Positions 13,401 to 30,987 of a stretch of DNA of 64,000 bases are shown one piece after another. The notes under the pieces are model-generated. The model was not told the origin of the DNA and ran no database searches. It saw nothing but the letters and a program-made list of their open reading frames with translations. Position numbers and translations under genes: made by a program. Location of the stretch: the NCBI RefSeq assembly GCF_009914755.1, contig NC_060931.1; one strand, 5' to 3'. Numbering within the stretch: position 1 is the first letter of the stretch; each line of letters starts with the position of its first letter. The stretch is from the human T2T-CHM13v2.0 reference genome, Homo sapiens.

Positions 13401-14677
13401 AAGCTGTCTGTTACAGTCTATGGCACTCATATTTTACAAAGAATTCCATGCCAATCTGAGTGTCTGCACTGTGCCTTCAAATGCTCCTGGACTGTAGCAA
13501 CCAAGTCCGTAAGAAACAGGACCTCCAGGTTCCGCCCCAGGAGGTTGGAATTCAGCAATATAAAAAGGGAGATGGTGCCTCAGGAAAGGGTGGAACCGGA
13601 AACACCCCTGGTTTCTCACTGTTCTCTATGGATTCCTAGAAGTACCACCCCACCCCATCCTAGGAGGACAACATGATCACTCTATTCAGCTCCGTCTAGA
13701 ACAGTCCAGGTTCTTCTAGATGATCTGCACAAATGGCTCCTCTCCTCCTTCCTGGTGCCTGCCATTAGCATTGGAATAAAGTTCTTGCTGAAAATCTGCA
13801 TCTCCCCTGGGCCCAGCGTTCTGGAAGTGCGAAAGAGGATGTCACACTTCAATGAGGCAGCTCTCTAGACAGGAAGGTTATTCACGTCCCATGTCAAGTC
13901 TAACTAGAGTTCAGAGCAATTGAGAAATCCAGTTTTATCTCCTGTCCTTCATTCCATAGCCTGCTTCTGAACCATGGTGTTCAACTGTGAAACTCACACT
14001 TTGGTGACCCTGACTCCAAAACTCACTTAATACACCCAAGGGCAGCCCCAGTGATCTACTTCATAGCAAGGACTTTGGGTGGGTCTGCCCAGGGAGTAGG
14101 GCACCCTCAGAGAATGTGGCTTTGGACTTCATCACAGCTGGGGCCTTTTGTGTCACTTAAGAGCTAAACTTGTAACCATGCTAGATCTGTTTCTAATGTG
14201 ACAACATCACGAACCCTGAGTCCAGAAGCCTAATCCATAATCCTACCTCCTCATGATGAAGTCTCATGCTCTGTGCTCAACGTGGTTAGCTGCACAAGAT
14301 GTAAACCAAAGCTTCACTGAACCCTCAACCCAAATCGGTAACTCAAGTGTGTCAATCATAATGAACCTCCCCAAACTCAGTATTTATGATTATTTTTGAG
14401 GTAGGGTCTCACTCTGTCGCCTGGTCTGGAGGGCAGTGGCAGGATCAGGGCTCCCTGCAGCCCCGACCTCCCAGGCTCCAGCGATCCTCCCGCCTCAGCC
14501 TCCTGAGTAGTTGGGAGTAGAGATGCCTCCCACATCGCCTGGCTACTTTTTGTATTTTTGTGGAGAGGGGATCTCGCCACGTTGCTCAGGCTTGAAGCTG
14601 GATCAAGCAATTGGGTTCCTCAGATTTCCAAAATAGACCCCAATATTCTGCCTTTACCCCAGAGGACACAGATGTAC

Positions 14678-14782
14678 CTTCTCTCAGGCCGATGACCTCA
14701 GGCCTCCACGGTCCCTGGAGCTCTAGGAAAGGTGGGCGCGATCTCACGCCCACACCCAGTGCCCTGGGTCATAAGCCTGGAT
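14678..14782 (-). pseudogene. SPDYE last coding exon IQAYDPGHWVWA*DRAHLS*
   Basis: TGA at 14746-14744 replaces the Arg of the family C-terminus WVWARDRAHLS; the normal TAG is at 14725-14723. Confidence 0.85.
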
Positions 14783-14904
14783 CTGGAAAAACAGACGCCC
14801 CTTAAGAAGATGGGGACTCCCCAGGATACTCCTCCCTCCCCTTATCCAGCCTCCAGCCCACCCAATTCCTCCCCACCTCCTCCACCTCCCCAGGCCCCAC
14901 CCAC

Positions 14905-15073
14905 CTCCTCGAACTCCTCCAGGGAAATGCAAGCCCTGCAGCACACAGAACGGAAGACCCGGAAATGAAGCGTATGGAACAAGGCAATCTGAGAGCAGTT
15001 CTTCCCGTACAGGAAGAAGAAGATGTTTTGTTTGGGGGTCTCGCTGTCCTCCTCCATGTCATTGGCCAAGTAG
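14905..15073 (-). pseudogene. SPDYE exon [32 protein letters not shown]...SLEEFEE
   Basis: Speedy-box motif YLANDMEED; splice sites ccccag| and |gtgggt. Confidence 0.9.
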
Positions 15074-15634
15074 CTGGGGACAGCTATCAGGTTACTGCTC
15101 AGGGGCACCACCAGGAGAGACTTCTGGCTGACGTCAGCTTCCTAGAGAGGAGGGCAGGGGACCGTCCTCACCTCAGGACGGGCACACACCCTGCACAGAG
15201 CCACGCCTTCCTCAGGAGGGCTCTGCTGGACAGAGACCTGCTGAAGGGCGTCTCCCACTCCTTCAGGATGGAGACAAAAACCCAACTGGTGACCAAGAAT
15301 GGTGGCTTATGCGAGGAATCCCAGCACATTGGGAGGCCGAAGCAGGAGGATCACTTGAGGCCAGGAGTTTGAGATGGGCCTGGGCAACATAGCAAAACCC
15401 TCATCTCTATTAAAAATATAAGAAATATGCTGGACGCGGTGGCTTATGCCTGTAATCCCAGCATTTTAGAAGGCTGAAGCAGGTGGATTGCTTGAGATCA
15501 GGAGTTTGAGACCAGCCTGGTCAACCTGGAGAAACCCCATCTCTACTAAAAATACAAAAATCAGCCTGGTGCGGTGGCACACCTGTTAGTCCTAGCTACT
15601 CAAGAGGCTGAAGCATAAGAATTGTGTGAACCCA

Positions 15635-16033
<399 letters not shown>

Positions 16034-16807
16034 CTAATCAATAACTGTCCAGGTGTGGTGGCACAGCCCTGTAGTCGGAGCTAATCAAGGGGTTGAGGTG
16101 GGAGGATCGCTTGAGCCCAGGATATGGAGGCTGCAGTGAGCTATGATCTCACCACTGCACTCCAGCTTGGGGGACAGGGGAAGTCTGTCTCAAAAAAATA
16201 AAAGAAATTGAATACATTGATAGTTTGCCAGGACCCTGCCTTCTACAGGCATCTAGTCTAATGGGACTGGTAGTAATCAAGGCAGATGACCTAATCCCAG
16301 TGTCACATTATAATAGGATATAACTGGAGATCTACGGGCGTGCAGAAGTTGGAAGATGAGGGAAGGCATGACAGAGGCTGTGGGGTGAACTGACTTCAAG
16401 GAATGGGTCCTTCCCTTCAGAACCACATGTGTGTGGGACATCCAGACAGAAAACACAAACGCAAAGTCAAGTGGAGGACATTTGGAAGGAGCAGTGAAGC
16501 CAAGCCAGGAAACACCAAGAAGGCGAGCCAGTGTGGTTGTAGAGATTGTAGAGAGGGTGGAATTGGCACTGTTACCCTGGCCTCGATTTAGAAAGATGTC
16601 AGCTAAGGAGGTTGTTCAGGTGGGCAGTGAGGGCATCGTGCCGTGGAAAGATGTTCAGGCTGCACTAGGGAGCCCCCTGGCTTGGGGAGAGACTCCAGGA
16701 GACCCCAGCAGGGAGCATTTGACAGTGGATTCGAGTGATGCGAGGGGGACCTGAACTGTGGCCTCTGTCGTGGGAACCCGGAGGAGGTCGATGGCATTTG
16801 TGGTTGA

Positions 16808-17299
<492 letters not shown>

Positions 17300-17437
17300 T
17301 AGTAAAATCCTGTCTTTTTTGTACACAGAGTAAAGTGGACAAATAGGTGAAAGAATAAATGAAAGGCTGGAATCCCACCTTCCTCTGCTGTCCCAGAGCA
17401 TTGGATATTGACCGATAGGAGGCAGCAAACCACTCAC

Positions 17438-17521
17438 AGAGCCAGGAAGAAATAGATGCGTTGGTATTGCCAGGAGAAGGGTCTGGCCCGGCTAAAATAC
17501 GCTGACCATAGCCAGGAGATA
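17438..17521 (-). pseudogene. SPDYE exon YLLAMV(I)AYFSRA...WQYQRIYFFLAL with a 2-bp deletion
   Basis: GTC A GCG TAT TTT AGC in place of GTC ATA GCG TAT; the shift brings TAG into frame; splice sites catcag| and |gtgagt; absent from the ORF track. Confidence 0.85.
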
Positions 17522-18149
17522 CTGATGGAGAGAAAGGAACACAGAGAGGTCACATCTTGGAAGAGGAAGATTGTGGAGAGGGGGAATGAGGGTCTGGGGA
17601 GGGGCTGCCCATCAGAGAAGGGACTTCAGTGTTGGGGTGACTGTACTCATTTGGAAATAGCAGGGTGGAGGGGTATTCGATGGTCGGATGCAAATCCGAG
17701 GGAGGAAGGGATGTCGGTGATGCTCCCAGGATGGTGGGCTCCGATGGGATCTTTGGTGGGGGCGTGTCTAGGTCAGCTGGTGTCAGGAGGGTCTTTTGTG
17801 TGCCAGGCAGAGAATTGTCTCAAAGAGCTGAGAGTAGAGGGGCCAGGAGCTTCAGGGCTGCGGTCAGACTGTGGACCAGGGCTCAGATCCTAAAGGACCC
17901 ATAGGAGAGGCAGGGGCTATTCATTCACTCGGCAAGAGACCAGCAGAGTCCTGAGGGAGATGCTGACAAATCATAAAAAGACCAAGAATAGCCGGGAGTG
18001 GCGGCTCAGGCCTGTGATCCCAGTACTTTGAGAGGTGGAGACAGGAGGATCACATGAGCCCAACAGTTTGAGAACAACCTGGGCAATGTAGCGAGACCCT
18101 GTTTCTACAAAGATTTCAAAAATTAGTTGAGCATGGTGGCATGTGCCTA

Positions 18150-18293
<144 letters not shown>

Positions 18294-18592
18294 TCAAGAT
18301 TGTGGGAGCTGGTGGGGCACAGTGGCTGACGTCTGTAATCTCAGCACTTTGGGAGGCCAAGGCGGGTGGATCACCTGAGGTCAGGTGTTCAGGACCAACC
18401 TGCCCAACATGGCAAAACCCCGTCTCTACTAAAAACACAAAAATTAGCCAGGCGTGGTGGTTCACATCTGTAATCTCAGCTGCTTGGAGGCTGAGACAGG
18501 AGAATCGCTTGAACCTGGGAGGCTTCGGCTGCAGTGAGTCAAGATTGAGACACTGCCCTCCAGCCTGGGCAACAGAGGAAGACTCTGTCTCA

Positions 18593-18626
<34 letters not shown>

Positions 18627-18740
18627 CCGTAGGAGCACCTGGTGGGAGGTGGTGGAGGGAGAACTGTGGGTTTGGAAGCTGCGCCCTCCCTCCGGTGGTG
18701 CGTTGAAGCAGGAACACAGTTACATGGAGAACAACCTTAC

Positions 18741-18799
18741 GTTGTCTGACACCCTCAGATCTTTGTCCCAGGCCAGGAATCTTTTAATCACAGGATCCT
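18741..18799 (-). pseudogene. SPDYE exon [20 protein letters not shown] (start of Speedy box)
   Basis: 59-bp exon with taacag| and |gtaagg. Confidence 0.9.
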
Positions 18800-19282
18800 C
18801 TGTTATTAGAGGGCAGATGTCAGCATGAGAAGCTTTCTGTGGGAGCAGCAGGGCAGCGAGAAGTGTGCCTCCCGGGGGGGAGGTCTCAGGATTGCTGCCA
18901 TGGGCGAGGTGGATGGGAGGGGGGAGAATGACTTTCACTGGGCAAAGGAGAGAGGCTCCTGCTCTGAGACTCCCCTGAGAAGAGGCCGAAGGAGGCCCTG
19001 GGTGTGAGAATCTACGGGATGTAGAGCTGGGAATAAGCCAGGATGCCCTCCCAGCAGACACGGAGGGACCACTGCAGAGTCATAAAGGAATTCCCATCAT
19101 TTCCTCATGAGACAGTCACATCAGGGTGTGACCATGGCCTTGGTATCCCCCACTATGGATGGAGACACTTAGGTTTAGAAAAGTCAGTAAGAGACATTAA
19201 GTTTCAGAGAGCACAGCTGAAACCACTTTCTTTGTTTATTGATTTTGTTTTTCTTTATTTGATTTTTATTTTTATTTATTAA

Positions 19283-19636
<354 letters not shown>

Positions 19637-19814
19637 TAGCCTAATCCTCTATTGTCTCCTAAGCGTCCCTCATGAGTGATCACTTCTGAGTCCTCCCACA
19701 TGGAGAGCTCACCCAATGGGGGCATATTTTTCCCATTGGAAAATAGTGGTTATTGGAAGTTTCCTCTTTTTTAGAAGAACAGGATTGGAGGTGCTCTCTG
19801 GAGTGTCCTCCTAC

Positions 19815-20033
19815 CAATCTGATTATTGAAGGCCTCGTGGTGCTCAGGGAGCACGGGTGACACTTGCTGTTGCTTCAGCTTCATCTTGAGCCCACACAGC
19901 ATCTCCACCACCCAGGTCTCCTCAGGCTCGGGGGTGAGCTTCTTCTCTGGCTCCTCCTCACATTTGTCCAACCACTCCCTCTTCCTTTTCCAGCAAAAAT
20001 ACCTACATGGGGGGCTGGGATCTACCCCAGGGG
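19815..20033 (-). pseudogene. SPDYE exon [20 protein letters not shown]...[10 protein letters not shown]
   Basis: 219-bp exon with tactcag| and |gtagga; characteristic SPDYE repeat unit. Confidence 0.9.
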
Positions 20034-20273
20034 CTGAGTAAAGAAGCCAGGCCATGGTGTAATGCTTCTGCAACTGACCACCTTAGACCCCGACCCCAAA
20101 CCCCAAACCACTCTCCATCCTCCCCAGCTTCGCAGACTGCTGGCTTCTCCAAGCCATCTTTCTGGATTTCTCCTCTGCTGAGCCCCATGTGCCGCTCCTT
20201 CCCCTCCCCGTTCTTCCATCTCTCTGTCCTCACAACACTTCCTCATGTCCTTCCCTGGTCCCTGGCTCTCTGA

Positions 20274-20645
<372 letters not shown>

Positions 20646-20648
20646 TGA

Positions 20649-20807
<159 letters not shown>

Positions 20808-20810
20808 TAA

Positions 20811-21141
<331 letters not shown>

Positions 21142-23202
21142 CCCACGGAACCTAGTCTCTGTTCTGTCCAAGGCCTTCTTCTGGACTCTGCTAAGACCCA
21201 GAAGAGTGTGTTGTCAATTTTCGAGGCTGGGAGAAGTCAGGAGTGGAGACCAGCTCTGAGAAGGTTGTCCAGCTGAGCTCCCAGGAGCCCACAGAGTCCA
21301 GTCCTTCCAATCAGGAAGGTTGGAATCTCTGATGTCATTGGTCATTCCAACCTGGCAACCAGTTTGAAGAAAAACACATGTAACTGCCAGGCTGATCTTT
21401 GTCCTGGAGATCGTGGGTGAATGGTATCTCCTGCCACTGTCCCAACCTCAGGCACTGTCCAAAAGCATCTTTAGGGTCTCCACATCCCTCTGTTCCCTGT
21501 CCCAGCAGAGGCTGTGTCCTCTCCACTCAAAGCCTGAAGCATGGTGGGGTCTCCTCTTCTCTGTACATGCCCATTTCAGAGTCCAGTCTGGTGGGAGAGG
21601 GAACAGGGTGGGAAAGAAAACTAGGCTAAGCAGAAACTATGAAACCTTACAAGAGTGAGATGATCATGTACAAGAGATCCCAGGAACATTGACTTGATGA
21701 AAATGTCACATCAGAGCACTCAGTTTGGCAGAGCTTTTCTGCCGAATGTTTACTGACATTCACTGTCCGAGATTCTATACTGGGGGTACAAGCGTCCTCT
21801 GCCCTAAGGCATCTTTGAGTCCAGAGACATCTTGAGGCCTGAAAGTCATAGGAAACTGTCCAGGAGCTCACACATATTTCCAATGGTGTCCCCAATTTCA
21901 GGGAGTCCATGGATTACCTAAAGCCAGCCCCTCCAGTTTGGCTAACAAACTCTAGTCTATATATCAAGTTTTGTATCATATGTATTGCTCTGAACTCAGA
22001 AATTTCCCTACCATTTATGGATTCTAGGAATAAAATATCGCATGTACAAAAAGGCTAAGTCAAAAAATCTCAGCTGTGCACAGTGGCTCATGCTTGTAAT
22101 CCCAGAACTTTGGGTGGCCAAGGGAGGAAGACTGCCTGAGGCCAGCAGTTCAAGATCAGTGTAGGCAACATAGCAAGAGCCCATCTCTAAAAAAACAAAA
22201 CCAAACCAAATTAGCCAGGTGTGGTGGCTGGCACCTGTGTTCCACCTACTTGGGAGACTCATGTGACAGGAAGATCGCTTGAGCCCAGGAGTTAGAAGCT
22301 GCAGTGAGCTATGATCTGGCCACTGCACTCCAGTCTGGGCAACACAGCAAGACGTTGTGTCAAAAAAATTTTTTTTGATACAAAATAAAAGAGTTGCATG
22401 ACATTCAGAGACCATCCGAAAAACCTGTGGGTTCCTGGCTGGGCTCAGTGGCTCACGCCTGTAATCCTAGCACTTTGGGAGGCCAAAGGGGGTGGATCAC
22501 TTGAGGTCAGGAGTTTGAGACCAGCCTGGCCAACATGGTGAAACCCCATCTCTACAAAAAATACAAGAAATTAGCCAGGCATGGTGGTAGGTGCCTGTAA
22601 TCCCAGCTACTCAGGAGGGAGGGCTGGAGAATCACTTGAACTCGGGGTGCGGAGGTTGCAGCAAGCCAAGATCACACCATTGCACTCCAGCCTGGGCAAC
22701 AAGAGCAAAACTCTGTCTCAAAAAAAATAAAGAACGTGTGAGTGAGTTCCCACACGGCTTCCTAATGGGCTGTGGCTCTCCTAGGAGTCTCTTGCTCATG
22801 GGAAAGACACAGACTGAGTGAAGAAGCAGATCCCATTGCTGTGAAAGTCCCATTGTTAGGAAACTCTGCTTTTCTGGAGTTCAAATTTGCATTCATGATG
22901 CTTTAAACCGTCAGAGCTGGGTAGGTCCTCCTACAACAAACAGTTTGCTCTCTCTCTCCTAGTTAACAGGCTTTCAAATATTAGAAGATCAATGTCCTGA
23001 CCCCGTTAAAATTGCTCTTTTGTGGAATGAAAAGCTCTGATTTAACCCGTCTTCAAGCCTGGTTTGCATATTCCCCTCTCTTCTGGCCACCTTGTCTAAA
23101 CACACTACACTGAGGCAGTGCCCATCTTAAATGATGTTGATACGTTGTCAAAAAATGGGCGAAGCAGGTGCGGTGGCTCATGCCTATAATCCTACCACTT
23201 TA

Positions 23203-23634
<432 letters not shown>

Positions 23635-24443
23635 TCACTCCTGTAATCCCAACACTTTGGTTGGCCAAGGTGGGAGGATTTCTTGTGGCCAGGAGTTGGA
23701 GGCTGCAGTGAGCTGTGATCCCACCACTGCATTCCAGGCTGGGCCTCAGAGTGAGGCCTGTCTCTAAAAAAACTCTTCACTCCCCACAAGAAGGGATTTG
23801 CAAATACCAGCCTTTCAGCATGAGGATCACATGGAGGAACATTAAGATACAGATGCTGGGACCCAGCCCTATTGATTGTAATTCAAAAGCTGAGGTGGGG
23901 CGTGATTTAACTCTGTCACTGGAATCCATTCAGATTTGGAACTCTCTGGGTTGGACAGTGCAAGAGAGATCCTAAAGAAAGCAAAGTCACTATGGACTGA
24001 AATGAGCAGACAAGGTTTTCTGAGCATGGTGAAATATGATTTGGGCCTCACTTGGGAGGGCTGTGGCCAGGCCTTGAGTCCTTGGCTCAGTGGGACCTTC
24101 TGAAACAGCCTCCAAGCTCCGCTCCCTGCTTCCTTTGCTGTTGGATGACCCCCTCCAGCGGCTTTGGTGCTGATGGGAATAAGTCGACCTGCAGAGGAAG
24201 TTCAGCCCAAGTCTCAGCCCAGCAGCGTCCCGACACCTGACCGGGGTCTGGTCATGCTGCTGTCTCTGTGGTTCTCTGCGGAGTCATGGTTTCTGTACCT
24301 TGAAGAGAACTTCCCCTTCTGGAAACCAGAAACCCAGTAAACCCTGAGGAAATAAGCGAATGAAATTACTGCAGACAGCTCTGTGGTGGGGAGATAGAAA
24401 AGGGGCTGTTTGTTTTTGTTTTTTATTTTTTTTTGTTTTTTGA

Positions 24444-24656
<213 letters not shown>

Positions 24657-24930
24657 TGAAGCAATCCGCCTGCCTTGGCCTCCCAAAGTGCTGGGACTAC
24701 AGATGATGTGAGCCACCGTGGCCAGCCCTCACTGTACGGATTTTCTAAAAAAAAAAAAAAAAAAAATTAAATTTGTCTTATTTGCCAAAAGGTAAATTAA
24801 CCTTTTCTCCTCTCCTTTTTAAAGAGTATTTCCTGATAAACATTGTAATATAAATAACTTTTGTGCCTTTGACATGTATCTAAATCTTTTAAAAAGGTAA
24901 ATGAACTTCTTGCCAACACTACAACCCGGG

Positions 24931-24961
<31 letters not shown>

Positions 24962-26004
24962 ACAGAATCTCGCTCTGTCACCCAGGTTGGAGTGCAGTGG
25001 TATGATCTCGGCTCACTGCAACCTCCACTTCCTGGGTTCAAGCTATTCTTAGGTCTCAACCTCCTGAGTAGCTGAGACTACAGGAACTTGCCACCACGCC
25101 TGGCTAATTTTTGTATTTTTAGTAGAGATGGGATTTCACCTTGTTGGTCTGGCTGGTCTTGAACTCCTGACCTCAGGTGATCCACCCGCCTCGGGCTCCC
25201 AAAGTGCTGGGATTACCGGTGTGAGTCACCCTGCCGGGCCACAACCCAGGAATTTTTTTCTTAAGAGCCTGAGAGTCTTGTCTTTGAAATGTAAACCTCG
25301 AGGAAAATAGTGTCCCTATCTTCCTGTTGCCTAGGGAGTTTAGCCTAGGCACCTTGAGCTGTTACTACCTGCTTGTCAAGGAGATATGAGAAGTTTAATT
25401 TTTTTTTATCTGATACAGGTAATTAACTAGCATGGGTGGCCACCTTGATTTCCAGGTGAATTTAGGATGAGTGTTTAAGAATGCATAGCAGGCCAGGCGC
25501 AGTGGCTCACACCTGTAATCCCAGCACTCTGGGGGAGGCCGAGATGGGCGGATCACTTGAAGCCACACAGAAATTGAAAGGAGTTTGAGTCTAGCCTGGC
25601 CAATATGGCGAAACTCTGTCTCTGCTAAAATACAAATATTAGCTGGGCATGATGGCACATGTCTGTAATTCCAGCTACTCCAGAGGCTTAGGCACGAGAA
25701 TCACTTGAACCCAGGAGGTGGAGGTTACAGTGAGCCAAGATCACACCACTACACTCCAGCCTGGATGACAGAATGAGACCTTGTCTCAAAACAAAAAAAA
25801 AAAAAAAAAAAAGCATAGCAAGTCCTTTTACATGAGGATGAGTTACTGTTTATCTTGAGAGCATGTATGCAATGGATTGTATCTGCCAGGCTATACAAAA
25901 AGGAGGCTTTGACCAGGCGCCATGGCTCATGCCTATAATCCCAGCACTTTGGGAGGCCGAGGCGGGCAAATTATGAGGTCAGGATTTCGAGACCATCCTA
26001 GCTA

Positions 26005-26245
<241 letters not shown>

Positions 26246-26343
26246 TCACCTGTGATGGGCATCACAGTCTGGTTTAATGCTTATTCAATGATAAAATTGT
26301 TTTCTTTATTTTCTGAATTTGTGGAGAGAATATTCTAGGTTAA

Positions 26344-26583
<240 letters not shown>

Positions 26584-26781
26584 TGATCCACCCACTTCGG
26601 CCTCCCAAACTGCTGGGATTACAGGCATGAGCCACTGTTCCTGGCCTCAGAAGAATTTATTTTTAGTCTTTTCCTTACCAGTTTTTATGAAACAACTGGG
26701 CAAGAACACTGTTAGATTTCACCAAAAAGTTGTGATGAATCATTGTCCTTATATCCCATTTTTGAAAACTGACATTTTAAT

Positions 26782-27999
26782 TGTAAAGCAAAAATAAAAT
26801 TCTAAGCCTCCACAGCTGTTGAGTGGACTCCCCTGTTGGCCAGCAGGATCCAAAATAAACATGAAGAACTAATTCAGGTCATGACGGGAAGGAGGGGGTC
26901 GGACATGCCTTGTCATACTCTCCTCCCTTCAGAGTTTAGGCACAGCTGACCAACATTAACACTAGACTACAGATCATAAGACTGACAGAACAGGCTCTTT
27001 GTGTCAGTAAGATACCCAACTCCAACCAGACTCTGATATAGCATCACGTGACAGATAGCAGTCCCTGAAGGAAATCATAGTATTTTACCCCATAATATAT
27101 TTTCTTTGTCACACTTTAAAATAGTCCTGCAAAGCCATCTCTTTGGGGGAAATTTGCATTCTGTAGAGAATCTCCTTCCCTTACAGAAAAGAATCCAGGT
27201 CTTTTCTCGAGATTCTGACACCTTTTAAGATCCAATAAGAGATATTTATCATCTATTCTCTCTGAAGCCTGTTCTGAGGCTTCATCTACATAACAAGAAC
27301 CTTGGTTTCCACAATGCCCCTTATCTTAACTCAAGCTTTTCTTTTCTTTTCTTTCCCTCCCTCTTTCTTTTCCCTCCCTCCCTCCCTCCCTCCCTTCCTC
27401 CCTTCCTCTCTCTCTCTTTCTTTTCTTCTCTGTTGCCCAAACTGGAGTGCAGTGGCACCATCATGGCTCACTGTAGCCTCAACTTCCCAGGCTCAAGCGA
27501 TCCTCCCATCTCAGCCTCCTAAGTAGCTGAGACTACAGGCATGCACCACCACACCTGGATAATTTTTTTTTTTTTTTTGTAGAGATGGGGGTCTTGCTGT
27601 GTTGCCCAGGCTGTCCTTGAACTCCTGGCCTCAAGGGATCCTCCCAGGTCACCCTCCCAAAATGCTGGGATTACAGGCAAGAGCCACCGCAATGGCCCAT
27701 TTCTTTACGTCATCTTCCAACTGTTCAGCCAACACTTAACTCTGAATCAACTGCCAATCTTTGAATCTGCTAGTGACCTGAAAGCCTTTCCAGGCTGACC
27801 CAATGTGTACATCCCATGTATTGATTTATGTCTTTGCCTGTAACTGCTGTCTCCCTAAGATGTATAAAACCAAGCTGTAACCCAACCACTTTGGGCTCAC
27901 GTTCTCAGGACCCCCTGAGGCTGTGTCACCAGCCATGGTCACTCAGATAGGAGGCCCAGAATAAAACTCTTTACAGACTTTGAGTCTTTTTGGTCAACA
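26782..27999 (+). mobile_element. MER4-group ERV1 solo LTR interrupted by an antisense Alu (~27400-27700)
   Basis: TG...CA termini: 'tgtaaagcaaaaataaaattctaagc' and 'aataaaactctttacagactttgagtctttttggtcaaca'. Confidence 0.7.
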
Positions 28000-28113
28000 T
28001 AACCTAACCCTAAACATAATCCTCCTGGGGAAGGTGAAATCACAGGTATCTTTTCTTTGTTCGATTTGTGTATTTCCTGATTTCTCTACAGTTTTTAGGC
28101 ATTTGCTGTGTGA

Positions 28114-28458
<345 letters not shown>

Positions 28459-28659
28459 TAGTATTTGAGTGAAACTTCTCTTAGCATTTCAGCGCAGTGA
28501 CCACGATACACCCTTTCCTTTCCTTCTCGTTATGGGAAACTCGGTTCTAACCTGGAGGCCTTGGGCTCCAGGACCCAGTCACTGCAGCCCTGGACTTGAC
28601 CCTAAAAGGGAGTAAAGACAAATGCGAAGTTCAGTCCGGGGATCAGGGCTGCCGAAGCT

Positions 28660-29920
28660 CATATAGCCTGGGGCTTCTTAACCTTTAGACGGGGTAGAGA
28701 CATTTGAAATGGCCCCTAAAGTTGGGGGGCGCTGGTAGGCTCATGGGAAATAGAGTCCGGCCCTTGTCCTGGGACCAACGGTGGGCCCTGGGAGGCGGAC
28801 TTCCGGTGAACTCCTGCGCGTGTGCGCCTCTCCCTGGGTGCGTGTTCGCACATGCGCGCTGCCGCCGCACTGCCATCGCTTCCTGTGTGTCCTCAGGTCA
28901 CCGCTTGCTCTAGTTCCCAGGCTTTGGCCCCCAGTGGACGAGAATCGCTGAGCCTGCGGGGCTGGACGCTGAGCGCCTAGGCCAGCACCTAGGCGGGCGC
29001 GGAGCTATGTGGGCCAGGGTTCGCACGGGCCGGGTGGAGGCTTGAGCGGGGACCCCCGAGCGTGAGCCCCTGAGCCGGCGGCCCTGCGGCCAGGGGAACC
29101 GGGCGGGAGGTGGCGAAGGTGGCAGCGGAGGCGGAGGCGAAGGGGCGGCGGGAACCGGGCCTGGCCCGTGTGTGTCCTGGGGGCCTGGCCCAGGCCGCCG
29201 CTGTACGGTGAGTCCCAGGGAGGCGGATCTGGGCCCCGGGAAGGACACCCTCCTGGATTTGCCCCGTAGGCCCGGCCCGGGCCCCTCAGGAGCAGAACAG
29301 CCTTGGTGAGGTGGACAAGAGGGGACCTCGCGAGCAGACGCGCGCCAGCGACAGCAGCCCCGCCCCGGCCTCTGGGGAGCCCCAGGAGGGTAAGTCTTTG
29401 GGTTTTCGGGCCCGGAGCGAGAAAGGCCTGGGTGAAGTCACCGTATGTTCGGGACCTTAGAGTATGAGGCGGGGGAGGGTCCGATCGCTTGCAGGAGAGG
29501 CGTGTGTTTGGCCTTGAGGCGCTGCACGGGAATATCTGGGAGGACGAGGCTTACGGGGGCGTGGAGGGTATCACCAGCCTCAGCTGCAGACGTCGTCTCC
29601 ACTCCCCACTAACCCCTAACAGCCCTTCCTCCTCCTTTCCGTGCTCCAGATTTCGACCGCCTCTAAACGTCCGTCAGCATCTCTGTTCTCTCATTTAAGT
29701 GTCTGCTGATTCCCCCCTTAGATCTGCCCTGGAGACTGGTAGTAATGCAGGAACAGTCTGCAGGGATTCTCTCTTGCTGCCTCAGTTGCTAGGGGAAGAG
29801 ACTGGGCCTTAGCAGGTGGGTGACTTGACCGGGTCACTGGCTTTGTGGGTAGAGTTGCTCATAGTAGAACTCAGGAGTCTTATCTCCCAGGCCAGTGTTC
29901 TTTCTCCCGTATCCTAGTTT
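28660..29920 (+). promoter_or_regulatory. CpG island: inverted paralog of the ZNF12 promoter/exon 1, candidate promoter for PMS2CL
   Basis: Collinear with the reverse complement of ~5020-6240; ETS site ACTTCCGG at 28799-28806; NRF1-like CGCACATGCGCG at 28847-28858; donors at 29208, 29306 and 29390. Confidence 0.85.
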
Positions 29921-30557
29921 TCTTAGTAGAAGGTTATTAGGTGCAGCAATAACCAAGTTCAGTTAGATAATTTAGAAACAAAACCATATTTTATACACAT
30001 TCATTTCATTTCTGAGAGCTCACATACTCAATTCCTATGGTTTCTTTGATTTTAAGCAGTTTAAAGAGACAATAAGAAAATGCGGGCCGGATGCAGTGGC
30101 TCACACCTGTAATCCCAGCACTTTGCCGGGCTACAGCAAGAGTATCCCTTGAGACCAGGAGTTAAAGAACAGCCTAGGCAACATAGGGAGACCCTGACTC
30201 TACAAAAAATACAAAAGTAGCCAGGCATGCTGGGATGCACCTGTGGTCCCAACTACTCAGGAGGCTGAGGTGGGAAGATCAATGGAGCCCAGGAGGTGGA
30301 GGCTGCAGTGAGCTGTGAATGTACCACTGCACTCCAGCCTGGGTGGCAGATTGAGACCCTGTCTCAACAAACAAACAAACCACAAAAAACATGAGCCGTA
30401 TAATGGGAATTTTTTTTTTCTTTTTGCGGGTTGTATTTGATGATGGCAGACTATTTGTAAAAGAAGTCATGTTACCCATGAGAGTCTTAACTCATCTAAT
30501 TACTACCTGATTATCTTAGAGTTACAAAGTTACAAGTGCATGCTTCCCTTATCACTC

Positions 30558-30834
30558 TTTTTTTTTTTTTTTTTTTTTTTTTGAGACAGTGTCTCTCACC
30601 CAGTCTGGAGTGCAGCAGCGTGGTCTCGGCTGACTGCAACCTCCACCTCCCAGGTTCAAAGGATTCTTGTGCCTCAGCCTCCTGAGTAGCTGGGACTACA
30701 GGCATGTGACACTGCGCCTGGCTAATTTTTTTGTTATTTTTAAGTAGAGACGGGATTTCGCCATGTTGGCCAAGGCAGGTGGATCACTTGAGGCCAGAAT
30801 TTGAGACCAGCCTGGCCAACATGGCGAAACCCTG
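30558..30834 (-). mobile_element. Alu with an inverted 5' segment, flanked by TSD TATCACTCTTTT
   Basis: Antisense Alu switches to sense at ~30768; TSD at 30550-30561 and 30835-30846. Confidence 0.75.
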
Positions 30835-30987
30835 TATCACTCTTTTAGGCCCTTCTGAGTGTTTGCAGGCTGAGTGTTCACAGGGTGTTAGCCTATTGAG
30901 CTTTCTTTTGTGGTTCTTACGCAGGAGATTCCTGCCTTTGCAGGCCAGAGCACTCATGACTTCAGTGACCTGCTTCTCCCCCTCTAG

